The notes below the pieces were generated by a model, which saw nothing but the letters and a program-made list of their open reading frames with translations, ran no database searches and was not told the DNA's origin. A program made the position numbers and the translations under genes. Shown one piece after another: positions 16,080-39,616 of a stretch of DNA of 64,000 nt. This stretch comes from Macrostomum hystrix (lineage: Eukaryota; Animalia; Platyhelminthes). The stretch spans positions 7,998,001 through 8,062,000 of the forward strand of contig CATNEN010000038.1 of assembly GCA_950097015.1 (NCBI GenBank), written 5' to 3'. Every line of letters starts with the position of its first letter. The first letter of the stretch is position 1.

Positions 16080-18097
16080 AAATTCAAAGAAAATTCTAAA
16101 TGTTGATTCTGAGTTTTCTCTATTTAATACATTGCTGAGTTTTCATAGACATAGGTACCATATAAAAATACTATTTCTATTTGGCAAGGTTTGGCACCTT
16201 TTGGCAGCAATTTGGCTTTTGTAAACTGAAGGAGGAAAAGCTGATTAAAAATTGTTAAAAATAACTTTGCTGAATAAATATATAGCTAGGCCTAAGGCCT
16301 ATAGCTTCCATAATAAATACACTTTAAAAAGACAAGGTAGACCAAATCGTGGCAATATCATAATATCCAAGTATGAGCTTTTGAATGCTAAGTGTAATAA
16401 TTAAAATACAATTGTACGCTTAGTGAACAGTTTATTCAGATCAAACTACTAGTTCCAGCCTCGAGGGAGCAGATCCAAGAAAGTAGAAAAATGCTGAAAT
16501 TAGCAATGGAATCTAGAATGGAATCTAGAATAGGCTGTCGTTGTTACTGAATATCACTGCATAAAAACAATATATTTCTTATCATCAGTCTATCACATTA
16601 ATTCTCAAATTTGAATCTTAATCTTGATGACCTGATCTGATGCTGATAGAAATTGTACTGAAAACTGCACAGCGAAAGATTAAGCTTAATAATTGTATAA
16701 AGAGGGGTTACAAAAACATAATACTCAAATAATATTTTTTGTTGTCAATACTCTTACCACTGAGACGAAGTGGTATATACTCCCAGTCCCATCCCGAAGG
16801 ATTTATATTTTAATGGACCTCCAGCCTCCTCCTCCCTGGTTTTATACGCACCCCAGATTAATTTAAAAGAAATTTTTTTGTTTAAATCAATGGGCAGTTT
16901 GTTTGTTTTCTATGAATAAGCCAAATACTACTAAAACAAATTTTCTGTAGTTCGCTTAATCACGCTTATTTTCTGCGTATTTGTTCTTGATAATTATCTA
17001 TAAAATAAATAATATGTTTATAGGTTTTGCAAAATGGCATACACGATAACTTTTCGCATTGTGGATATTTATTAGAAATATTTTGGTTTCAGCTAATTTA
17101 TACAGATAGAGATAACACACACTACAATTTCGACATCGAGTTCTCGTAGACTCATGTGTAATTTTTATCTTTCGTCTAGAAAAAGCTTTGCTAATTTTTT
17201 TATGATGAACTACATTACCATCTGAACAATTTAGCTATAACAAGACTTGAGGTTCTTAGATATCAGCAGTAACAGCTACGTATAAAGTAAATATCGTTAT
17301 AAACATATTTTACTTTAAAAAATTGTTCAGTTATTATTGTATTCTAATAATACAATAATATTCAATTATTCTATTATTGGCTTATATCATATACAAGGCT
17401 GTGTAACAATATTTTTTCTGTAGTGTTTTAAAATAATATATTATAAAGAGGTGACTAAATTTAGCCTAAAGTAGGGCCTACCCTACTATAAAACTTTCAA
17501 GTTGGTTTCATTTGTATTTGTCATGCTTAATAAAAAGGCACTTGCTATTGGCACACTAGTAGAAATTTAAGGTTACAGACAGCTGAAATACAGGTAAAAA
17601 TATACTTCTAAAAGAAAAGTTCAAATTCTAAAACATCTTGAACTTAGAGATTGCATATAAATTAAAAATGACAATTTTGTTTCTATTAACTATTTAACTA
17701 CAGTTTTTTGGCAAGGCAAGAACATGTTTTTCTTTACAGTTTTTTAAAGAATGATATATCATGCAACAATTACAATGAGAAAAGTTCTGCATCTAAATCT
17801 GTTGTTTGTTTAAAAAATACATTCATTTGTCATTTTATAGATATTTTGCTATTTTTAGTTTCTGAGTTCTAAATTTACAGTTTTAAAATCTGTGTTTTCT
17901 AGTTTAAAATTTACAATTTGCAGGGTTAAAAGTTAGAAGTCAGGGTTAGAAGCTATTAATTGTGACACACAAGGAGTGACTTTAAGTTTACTTCCAATAT
18001 CCGTCATAAAATTTAGAAAGCTTATAACTTAAAGAAGAAAGAGTTTGTTATTTTTTTCTGTGATTAAAACTATCTCCAGCTGTGCAACTGGTAAAAG

Positions 18098-25204
<7,107 letters not shown>

Positions 25205-25611
25205 GCTTCGGTATTTTGGTCTAGGGACATTCGATCGGCCTTATAATTTATCCGAACTGCCTTCCAATAGTTTATGTATAAATCGAATAGTTTTTTTGCA
25301 TTTTTCAACTGCGTGTCACTAGTATTTGAGTAGGCTAAATTGCTGTGACAAGTGGGCGCGTATGTCAGCCAAAGTCAGCAAGCATTTCCAATTTTTTTGT
25401 TAGCATTTTTTTCTTTTGAAGTTTTATTTATTTAATTTTTGTTTCTGTACACCATATTTATACTTTTGAGTATTTTATTATTGCCTAACATTGCCATCAA
25501 AGCCAAATACAGCGGAGCCTCTATTTGAACTGTCTGCTTTATAAACGAATTTTTGTCTATTTTTTTATATTTGTTAACGCAGTCACTACCGCGCCTAGTG
25601 GTTATAGTCTG

Positions 25612-25830
25612 GGACTTGTAGTAGCCTAGAGGTTAGACCGTCGGACTCACGACGTTGGATGTCAGGGGTTCGATTCCCGACTCCACTGGAATGAATTGTG
25701 TCCTTTATGAAACAGCTAGCTCTGCATATCTTCATTTTGCCAAGCTGTTAAATAGCTGGGGAAATTGTGGACTGGTTTCGTATTCTTCACAGTCCATGGA
25801 CTGTGCATCCGAACGCAGCCTGCAGATTCA
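25612..25830 (+). mobile_element. tRNA-derived SINE (CORE-like)
   Basis: A-box TAGCCTAGAGGTTAG, B-box GGTTCGATTCCC, then TGTGTCCTTT...GCTGTTAAAT and the shared CAGTCCATGGAC motif. Confidence 0.75.
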
Positions 25831-26096
25831 TATTAATAATCAATTATTATTAATATTACGCATTATTATTCTCGTTTTTTGTTTACTTTTAGCATCCCAT
25901 CGAGCGTTTTGAGACTCATGAAATGATTCCTGTACACAGTGGGTGTACATCTGCTCAAACTTTAACATTCTGAGAGCTGAGCCTTCTCACCAAGGTGCCA
26001 TCCACCTTTAGAGTTTAGGCGAGGTTTAGTCACCTGTTAGCGAAGATCACCTGCTTATCATCACGTGACTATTATTGTCCCCTTTCAGAGCCAGCG

Positions 26097-27872
26097 ATGG
26101 GCAACGGGCTCTCCTGCTGCCAGTTCAAAGGCCGCGGCTCTGGAAGCGGTCGCGGCGGTGGCGGCGACGGATCCGTCGTCTTCAGCGGAGCGGTGACCGC
26201 CGGCAATGGTAAATGGCCAAGCAGCGGCTACATGGACGCCGCGAGAAGCGGCGGCAACAATAACAACAACGGCGGCGTCGGCGGCGGCGGCAGTCCGCGT
26301 GTGGAGCACATCAACGATCGCGAACCGGTGGAGGACGCCACAGACCCCAGCATCAACCCGACGCTGCAGCCAATATTTGTCAAAGGAATCCGGCGACGAC
26401 CTACTGTCACAAACAGTCACTCCGCTGTGGGCACCGGAGTCGGTGAAGTTCGTCTTGTTGGCGGCCTCCGCGCCTGCAGCTCCTGCTCGCACATCCTGGT
26501 GCCCGAAGGCGACTCGGCAGTCTGGCAGCCGCAGCTCAAACCGGCGGTGCGGGGACTCGCCCTGGCCGTGTTCTGCCACGTTCAGCAGCGCCCAAAGCAG
26601 CCCGGTGGTCAGGCGCCCGCCATTTTCGACGAGCTGATACATCCGTTGCACCGCGGAGCTGAGGCGGCCGAGGCTGCCACCAGGGAGCCCGACAGCCGGA
26701 CAGTCTATAGGTTGAGTATCTAGCCAATCCCAGCTACCTCAGTACAGGACCAACCCTCAGCTACCTCAGTACAGGACCAACCCCCTGCTACCTCAGTACA
26801 GGACCAACCCCCTGCTACCTCAGTACAGGACCAACCCTCAGCTACCTCAGTACAGGACCAACCCTCAGCTACCTCAGTACAGGACCAACCCTCAGCTACC
26901 TCAGTACAGGACCAACCCTCAGCTACCTCAGTACAGGACCAACCCCCTGCTACCTCAGTACAGGACCAACCCTCAGCTACCTCAGTACAGGACCAACCCT
27001 CAGCTACCTCAGTACAGGACCAACCCTCAGCTACCTCAGTACAAAATCAACCCCGGCCTGCTTCCACCCAGGTTCGTGCGCACCCTGTTCTGCTCAGCCC
27101 AGCTCACAGCCGAGTGCGCAATCATCTCGCTGGTTTACCTGGAGCGGCTAATCGCCGCAGCCGAGATCGGCCTGCATCCGAACACCTGGCGCCGCTGCCT
27201 CCTTGGCGCCATCCTTCTGGCAAGCAAGGTTTGGGACGACCAGGCCGTTTGGAATGTGGACTACTGCCAGATACTGAAGGACGCCAGAGTAGAGGATATG
27301 AATGAGCTGGAACGCAAATACCTGGAGCTAATTCAGTTTAACATCAACGTGCCGGCCTCTGTTTATGCCAGGTAATTAAAGCCTATTGTAAAAATAATAT
27401 TCATTTCTTACTGCTTCTCTATGTTGATTCTAAAGATCTGCAGCATGCTTTGGTAGATCTGCAGCATGCTTTGTTAGATCTGCAGAATGCTTTGGTAGAT
27501 CTGCAGCATGCTTTGGTAGATCTGCAGCATGCTTTTTTGTTAGATCTGTTGGGTCGACAAGTATAAGGCCGCCTCAATTGCTCTTGTACCATCTCCATGG
27601 AAACCAGGTACTACTTTGACATACGCGCCATGCTGGCCGGTCACGAGGCGTCCAGTCAGGCCCAATCGACTGCTCCGGACGCCGTCTCGACGCCACTGAC
27701 GCGCGAGCGAGCCAACCGCATGGAGCTGACGGGACCCACCGGCCAGCGGCCCGCCTCGGTCACGTGCTCGACCCCTGCTGGCTCTGGGAGGCTGCAAAAG
27801 CGCCGGCGACTGCGGAGAAGCAACTCGCTGGGCGAGGAGCGCAGGCTGGCGGCTCGCTTCGTGCTTTCCTGA
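26097..27872 (+). CDS. CCNY: Cyclin Y; exons 26097-26710, 27072-27371, 27608-27872
   Basis: N-terminal MGNGLSCC (myristoylation/palmitoylation-type), [65 protein letters not shown] and YYFDIR. Confidence 0.94.
26731..27053. repeat. 27-bp minisatellite (CAGCTACCTCAGTACAGGACCAACCCT)n in cyclin Y intron 1
   Basis: Occupies nearly all of intron 26711-27071. Confidence 0.96.
27433..27550. repeat. 21-bp repeat (TAGATCTGCAGCATGCTTTGG)n in cyclin Y intron 2
   Basis: About 5 tandem copies, rich in palindromes. Confidence 0.9.
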
Positions 27873-29149
27873 GTCACTCGCAAACGCCATGGCAACCGGG
27901 GAATGTCCCCATGGGCGGGAAATATATTGAAGATCTAGATCCTCAGATTGATTTCCCATTCTTTCAGATCCTCATATTAATTTTCCCATTTCTCCTAAAT
28001 CCTCAGATTTACTTTCTGATCTGTCCAAGATCCTCAGGTTTAGTTTACATGAGATTGAGTTTCGGCATTCAATTACCATGCAATCCGGTTACCATGGTGA
28101 CGAGTTAGCTTTCGTTGGAACGAAAATTGCCTGCAATTATTTAGTTTTCGTCTGCAATCAATCAAATTGTCGCTATTGTTTTCTCTGAATTGTTATTTCG
28201 CACTGTACTTACTGCAAGTAGTGCAATACGCGTTTCGAATATTTCACCTCGTTTTCCCCAGACTATTTAATAGCTCGGTTTCTTAGCAGTTGCAGTTTTT
28301 TAAAACGCGCTAGTGTTGCACGTATTTTCTCTCGAATCCGCACGCTTTGCATCTCTATCAACTTATCTTCGCTGTTCTCCTGCCTGTGGCCGCTCTTTGT
28401 CTCATCTGCTTTTGGCATTCCACAATGTACATGTAGTAAGGAGCGTAATCTGTGAATATCAGTCATCTTCTGTGATGCTGGCTTTGGCAATGATTTTATT
28501 TCTATTGCATTCAAGCAAAAATGTTACCTGTATTAAAGGGCTTTTAAGCTAGTCTCTATATAGAATCGTGTTCTTTTGTCCGTTGACCACAACGCTCTAC
28601 TTGTTTGAGTAGTGCAAATCGCATATGCTAATTTGTTTTGGCCCCAGCCGGGGCTCTAAATCTATTTCCGTCTGCTCAGTTTTGTGCCCTCTTGTGTTGT
28701 GTTTTATTTTTTTTACCTGAAATATGGTATAATATCAGTATATTCAACCTTCTGCTTTGTAGTATTAAGCTAAATTAGCTGATTCTCCACTCAAAAAGTA
28801 CTCGCACAGCCACCACTCAACGCTTCGAGTGCAGTCTCGAGCGTCCAACCCGTTTTACTCTGCTCATTGTTGTCCGCTATTCTAGGCCGAGTATTGCATA
28901 TTGAATTCTTTTATCAATATTAATCTCACTCTTTAACTGTCATGCCGGTTCCCATTGTGAAAATCTGTTTTAGAGAAATAAATATAATTTGTTATAGACG
29001 AATTATCACTTTTTGCCAGGTCAGAGTTTGACATTAAGCTGAATTTTATCCAACAGCAATAGGTACAGAGATCATCACGCGGTCTATTTTCAATGATTTT
29101 ACTTTTTTTAACTCTAATGACCTTCTGTCACACGAAGTACATTGAATAC

Positions 29150-29265
29150 ACTGTGATCATTGACATTCAGTCAAGGACATTCAGTCACACTGATGACATT
29201 CAGTCAAGGACATTCAGTCACTGATGACATTCAGTCACACTGATGACATTCAGTCACGGATGACT
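29150..29265. repeat. Short (GACATTCAGTCA...) tandem repeats
   Basis: Several copies between the cyclin Y and Rac B 3' ends. Confidence 0.75.
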
Positions 29266-29743
29266 TTTTTACTTTTGGTAAGAAAATTAGTACGTTTAAG
29301 TGCCCTACTTTTAGAAGTATTTCCACTATAGTTCTTTGCTATTACCTATTTTGGAGGCATTTGTACGCTAAGTCGCTGGCCTGTTTGTTGTGCTTGATTG
29401 CTGTTTGATTTCGAAGCCTCTTAATCTTAATTTGTTATAGATTAACAGTCATAAGTTGCAAGCGTCAAATTTCCGAGTCCGGGTATATTGTGCCGCATTG
29501 AATATAGGCAGGCGTAGACGCGAATTAAAAAAATACACATTTACTGAAGGTGAGAACATTAACCGCATCTTCTGTGTGCTAAGTCGGAGGGACTGTCAAA
29601 AAGCAGTGGTATATAAGTGCAAAAGAATCAGAAATGTTCATTTTTTTAGAAAAGCAGAACGTCTCGCAAAAAATTGTTGCTTCTTTATTACACAGGAGAG
29701 TCGTTACACAGTTCTCGGATTGTCCACCTCTGTCCGGGACTGC

Positions 29744-30452
<709 letters not shown>

Positions 30453-32152
30453 TTAACAGCTCTCCTAAAGCAATTGCGTTTGAGGTTGTTCACTTTGTTG
30501 CACCTGTAAAACAACTGATTATATTCTAGCAAAAGTTTGACTGTTTGTATCAAAGCCACTCTTCTACTTGCCTGCTTATAAAACTGCTTGGTTCTGTGGA
30601 GGTAGCGACCAAAAATAGGCATTGCAACAAGCATTGGTGAATGCTTTTGCATGTTGTCTCTTTTCGTCTGAAAACTCTACCCACTGCGCCATTTCCATAC
30701 CCGCCTAACCTGCTCTGTCAACTGCGAGTCTAGCTCGAGCCTGTGCGCATGCCCCAACCCCAGCCCACAAACCCTCCCTGTCAACCTTCGGACCCCAAAT
30801 TTTCCGCCGGGGAGGCGGGCAGAAAAACTGCACCCAAGCCTAGCCCACCCCAGACTCCCCTTAGCCTCCTGAGGCGCCGTGCTTTTCCGCGTTTACTATA
30901 TCAATTCAATTCTACATAGAATAAAATGTAATAAAAGACGCGGTCGCGGGCGACAGCCGCGGGTTAGAAAAGTTGGGCTTCGGATGAGATGGTGGGTGCA
31001 CAGGTCTAGGGTAGAAATTTTATATACACAAGCTAGGCCAGGACGGTGCGAGAAAGTCGTCCCTCTGCGCTAGAGTGAGTCACGTGATAAGGCCATGTAG
31101 GCAGACTGACTGTACGGTCGAGGGCAAAAAATCGATCCTGAAGTGTGCGCGCAAATTGCATCAACGTGCGCGCTTGTACAAAACAGGCTAAATGTCTACG
31201 AAAGTTCGACTTGGACTGCGTGCAAAAATGCAGAAATGCTCTGTAGAGACAGGAGATAACTATATTACTAATAGACAGCTGTATGTACAGCAAGCAGGCG
31301 AAATTCATTTATGCAATGTGCAATAGTTCTGTTTTAGAAACCGAAACTCATAGCTAGTATCAAATGGCTACCCTTTATCTATGTTAAAGCAAACGTTACA
31401 CTTAATTTGTCGCCTACAAATGCGATTTGGCTGGAGGCTTCAGAGTTTGTCATTAAAATCCACTAAGTACATTATGTGTAGGAAAAGAATGCCGGTTTTT
31501 TATATAACTAGAAGAGTTGTACAGTGTATTGTAGAATACATAAGTGGTAATTTATCCATTCTGCAACAAGGCTGCAACGCAATGTTCAAGTAACAGAACA
31601 CATTTAAATTGTTAAATTGTCAGCCTATGATCGGATTTGAGTTGAGCGAGAAGTTAAACAATCACATGCAAGCACATACGAGTAATTAATGATCATTCAA
31701 ATAAAACATAATAGATGCACGAGTTTCTGTATATTTACAAAACTCTCATTTGAATTGGTCCCTACACTGACACATGCATGCGGATTCTGTAGCAAGGGCA
31801 GAGTCAAGTTTAGGGATCGCAAAATCCCGGACTTCCATGATCCCGGGATTCAATCCCGGAATTTGGTTAACCCCGGGATCAGAAAATACCTAATTTTGAA
31901 ACTGGAACTTTAATGGAAAATGCCCGCTTAAAGTTGTTTTCTTCCAAGAAGCACAAATCTGATGCAGCTAGTATTGATATTTTATGTACTTTAAACTCTA
32001 GTCTAGAAATCAATCATTTTCGTGTTTAACGTAAATTACCAACTGGATAGTTTGCAAATATTTTATTGATATCAAGAGAATGTCATTTTTGCAGCAATTT
32101 GGCAGGAGTCAAAGACATCGCTATTGCAAAGCATTTCTTTTTTCCTTTAGAT

Positions 32153-32811
32153 CAGGGGTCGGCAAACTCCGGCCCGCGGGCCAGATGCGGCCCTCGAAGC
32201 TCCCAAATCCGGCCCGTTGCCCCTTCTGACATCTACAGTGTCCTGTTTCATCTCTCTCGCGTCTCATCTCTCCTGTATCTAATCTCTCCCGTGTCTAATC
32301 TCTCCCGTGTCTAATCTCTCCCGTGTCTAATCTCTCCCGTGTCTAATCTCTCCCGTGTCTAATCTCTCCTGTGTCTAATCTCTCCTGTGTCTAATCTCTC
32401 CCGTGTCTAATTTCTCCCGTGTCTAATCTCTCCCGTGTCTAATCTCTCCCGTGTCTAATCTCTCCCGTGTCTAATCTCTCCCGTGTCTAATCTCTCCTGT
32501 GTCTAATCTCTCGCGTGTCTAATTTCTCCCGTGTCTAATCTCTCCTGTGTCTAATCTCTCCCGTGTCTAATTTCTCCCGTGTCTAATCTCTCCCGTGTCT
32601 AATCTCTCCCGTGTCTAATCTCTCCCGTGTCTAATCTCTCTCGTGTCCCATCTTTCCTGTGTCTCATCTCTCCCGTGTCTCATCTCTCCCGTGTCTCATC
32701 TCTCCCGTGTCTCATCTCTCCCCTATCTCATATTTATACAGTCAATGCGGCCCGCTGTCGTCTATTAGGCTCTCTCTTTGGCCCGCCAGCAAATAAGTTT
32801 GCCTACCCCTG
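32153..32811. mobile_element. hAT-type MITE with internal 16-bp minisatellite (copy 2, inverted relative to 3455-4161)
   Basis: Same TIRs and body as copy 1, with perfect 8-bp TSD CTTTAGAT (32145-32152 and 32812-32819). Confidence 0.93.
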
Positions 32812-32945
32812 CTTTAGATTGTCTGGACTCTGAGTTCTGACGGAAATTCACAGAATTTCACAGTATCATAATCATTCATCAATAAGCAAGAGACAAGCCG
32901 TGTACCAGCGTTTGAATGGATTCGCAGTTCGCACTAACAGGTGCA

Positions 32946-33985
32946 GATGGCGCCCAATTCCCAAGCTCCCGTTGATGGCGCCCAATTCCCAAGCTACCGT
33001 TAATGGCGCCCAATCCCCAAGCTCCCGTTGATGGCGCCCAATCCCCAAGCTCCCGTTGATGGCGCCCAATTCCCAAGCTCCCGTTGATGGCGCCCAATTC
33101 CCAAGCTACCGTTGATGGCGCCCAATCCCCAAGCTACCGTTGATGGCGCCCAATTCCCAAGCTACCGTTAATGGCGCCCAATCCCCAAGCTCCCGTTGAT
33201 GGCGCCCAATTCCCAAGCTCCCGTTGATGGCGCCCAATTCCCAAGCTCCCGTTGATGGCGCCCAATTCCCAAGCTACCGTTGATGGCGCCCAATCCCCAA
33301 GCTCCCGTTGATGGCGCCCAATCCCCAAGCTACCGTTGATGGCGCCCAATTCCCAAGCTCCCGTTGATGGCGCCCAATTCCCATTCTCCCGTTGATGACG
33401 CCCAATTCCCAAGCTCCCGTTGATGGCGCCTAATCGCCAAGCTACCGTTGATGGCGACCAATCCCCAAGCTACCGTTAATGGCGCCCAATCCCCAAGCTC
33501 CCGTTGATGGCGCCCAATCCCCAAGCTCCCGTTGATGGCGCCCAATCCCCAAGCTACCGTTGATGGCGCCCAATCCCCAAGCTACCGTTGATGGCGCCCA
33601 ATTCCCAAGCTCCCGTTGATGGCGCCCAATTCCCAAGCTCCCGTTGATGGCGCCCAATTCCCAAGCTCCCGTTGATGGCGCCCAATCCCCAAGCTACCGT
33701 TGATGGCGCCCAATCCCCAAGCTACCGTTGATGGCGCCCAATTCCCAAGCTCCCGTTGATGGCGCCCAATTCCCAAGCTCCCGTTGATGGCGCCCAATTC
33801 CCAAGCTCCCGTTGATGGCGACTATAATTCCCAAGCTGCTGCTTATAGCGCCTAATACCAAGCTCTCATTGATAGCGCCTAATTCCGAAGCTCCCGTTGA
33901 TGGCGCCTAATTAAGCTCCCGTACTGTAGATGGCGCCCAATCTCCCAATGATGGCGCCCAATTAAGTTCCAGTTGATGACACCCA
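32946..33985. repeat. 28-bp minisatellite (GATGGCGCCCAATTCCCAAGCTCCCGTT)n
   Basis: Tandem array that decays towards the right end. Confidence 0.96.
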
Positions 33986-34592
33986 AAGAAATGAATATTT
34001 GGTGTGGATCGGAGGTAGTTCGATCACATGCGATCTATAGGTAATTAGTTCTGACAGCCGTATAAACCTAAGCCCCTCGTAACACCATTTATGACACCAT
34101 TTCAATAAGATTGTAAGCTAAGAGCCATTTTAAGTATGCGACGAAGTCATTGAATAATTTCGAGAAATATGTGATTTGTAATTAAGATTGGATAGAATAT
34201 TTAATCGGCCTACAAGACAGCAAACATGTGTATTTTATTCATTATTAAGTTCAATCGTATCCAATCGTTATTTGCACTGAATGACTATCTCTTAGTGTTT
34301 AGTAATACTCTGAAGCTCCACTTGATATTGCAGACATAGAAGACAAAATCACGACTTACAAAACAGATTCATAAACTGAGCAGCGTAAGAAAACTCACAC
34401 GCAGAACTGCCACGAAAAAAACAGAGATAGACTTATTTTTTTAATGTGACACTTAGGCAGGGATTAAAGTCAGAAATAATTAACTATTAAGGAATGTACC
34501 ACTACAGCGGTGTGGATTTAAATAGTGAATAAAACTGAATCACATCAACAAAATAAACTAGGCGTATTCATAATTTTCAAGTAATCCACGAA

Positions 34593-34830
34593 AGGGTTGT
34601 AGCCTAGTGCTAGTGGTTATGGTATCTTCCGACTTGAAGGTCGCAAGTTCGAATCCCGACTCGACTTAAACAATTCCTTCCAGTCCTTTAGCGAGACAAT
34701 TAACTCTGCCTTGCCGTAGTTCATCCAACTGCTAAACTGCTACCAGAATTAGCTGGGGTAATTAAAGGTGCAGGGTATGGCGTCCTCCACAGTCCATGGA
34801 CTGAACAGCTGTACGAAGCATTCAGTGGGG
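34593..34830 (+). mobile_element. tRNA-derived SINE (CORE-like)
   Basis: GGGTTGTAGCCTAGTG..., B-box GTTCGAATCCC, GTCCTTTAGCGAGACAATTAAC and CAGTCCATGGAC. Confidence 0.75.
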
Positions 34831-35319
34831 CCGAGCAATGGCTGCGGCTGTGTCAATTGTGTCAGGTGTAATGAATTGTTATTGTGATTATGAATCAGTT
34901 ATCCCTAATATTTTACACTCAACCTAAAGCTGTTAAATAACTCTAAAGGACCACATGTACTACCAGAAGTAGTATAAATTCTGATTAACAGCTAAAACGC
35001 ACTGCATAGCGCGAAAGAAGACAGTCACGGAAAATTTACCTGGTGCAAACTGACTGAACACACAGTATCATAATGAATAGAAATAGGTTTCACTCTAGTG
35101 AATAATTGTTAATTGTCAAGCGAAGAGAAACTAGAAAAAATATATAAGTTGCATTGCTGTGGATTAATAGCTGAACAAAAACACTTTCTTAGAAGGAAAA
35201 AACGATGGTACATTCAGAACAGATAAACAGTGAAACAAAGATAGGCTTTGTTGGGACTCGGGTGCAGTCAATTTGTATGAGGCTGCTACTCAGGCAGCCA
35301 CTCGGTAGCAGACGATTGA

Positions 35320-35348
35320 TCACTTGGTGGTCATCATGGTGACAAACT
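35320..35348 (-). CDS. CALM: Calmodulin alternative terminal exon B (EFVTMMTTK*)
   Basis: TTGCAG|AGTTTGTCACCATGATGACCACCAAGTGA: 29 nt, phase 1, matching the donor at 37108. Confidence 0.85.
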
Positions 35349-35465
35349 CTGCAATTTAGGGGAAGGGCGGTGTTGCTAGGTTATTTTCTAAATTCCCCAA
35401 GGACAAACTATATTCACTTTGCTGAAAAACAGTATCCCACAATAAGATTGGGGAGAAATTTGGGT

Positions 35466-35642
35466 GGGCGTTGTAGCCTACTGGTTAGAGCGACGGACTA
35501 ACGACTTGAAGGTCGGGGGTTCGATTCCAGACACTACTGGAATAATTTGTGTCCTTTAGCAAGACACTCAACTCAGTCATGCTTCAGTTCACCCAGTCTG
35601 TTAAATGGGTCCCCCCATGGCGTCCCCCCAGTCCATGGACTA
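35466..35642 (+). mobile_element. tRNA-derived SINE with CORE-like domain
   Basis: A and B boxes followed by GTGTCCTTTAGCAAGACACTCAAC...CTTCAGTTCACCCAGTCTGTTAAATGGG, resembling the MIR-type CORE. There is no acceptor stem, so it is not a tRNA gene. Confidence 0.8.
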
Positions 35643-36200
35643 AATCTTGATGCAATCGATTTCTTTCAGATTTAAAAAAATCGTTCAGCTTTTGTGTAAA
35701 AATCAGTAATTTTGTGAGAGAGAAAAAGAACTATAAAACTATAAAATTACAAAAACTACTCATTTTGCCTTGATAAATGAATCTACTACGCCTAACCTGC
35801 ATTAGAACGGTAATCCTGAAAAAAACTGTACAGAAAAATATTTTCGAAAATGTAACTCTCCTTTTTAAAAAAAGAAAATACTACTTACAGTAGTCAGGCA
35901 TGCATTAATCAAAAGTAATAACAGTAACCACACAATTTAGATCAGTTTGCAAGCAAATAAATCAGTTAACAGTCGCTCAATGTCCTTCAAATCTCCTCAA
36001 AAGATTAAAAGAGGCGCAACTAAAAGCAGAGTTCAAATTTGAGGAAAATCATTTGATAGATGTTTATCTACTATCCAGCGGTATTGAAGAAATCAGCAAA
36101 TTATCAACAGGGGCGTGGATTAATTTAAGTAAAATAGCACAGGTAACCCAGGCTGAGCGAAATTTCATACAATTTTGGCAACAACGGTCGCTTCGCCCGC

Positions 36201-39616
<3,416 letters not shown>

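Larger units (their letters stand above)
13340..16130 (+). mobile_element. Decayed Penelope-like retroelement (RT + GIY-YIG endonuclease), interrupted by a MITE
   Basis: YGLCKVHKSGYPLRPIVS, FSFDVVSLFTNIP, YRQIDGCAMGS and YIDD (~14516), with a GIY-YIG remnant AVYKIHC...YIGKTK*HLYTRVKEH (~15106-15200). Multiple stops and frameshifts. The left edge is approximate. Confidence 0.9.

Noticed and set aside
35466-35540. Possible tRNA genes (also 25612, 34593, 36670, 58083)
   Set aside because: A and B boxes are present, but there is no acceptor stem or full cloverleaf, and most continue into a shared SINE body.
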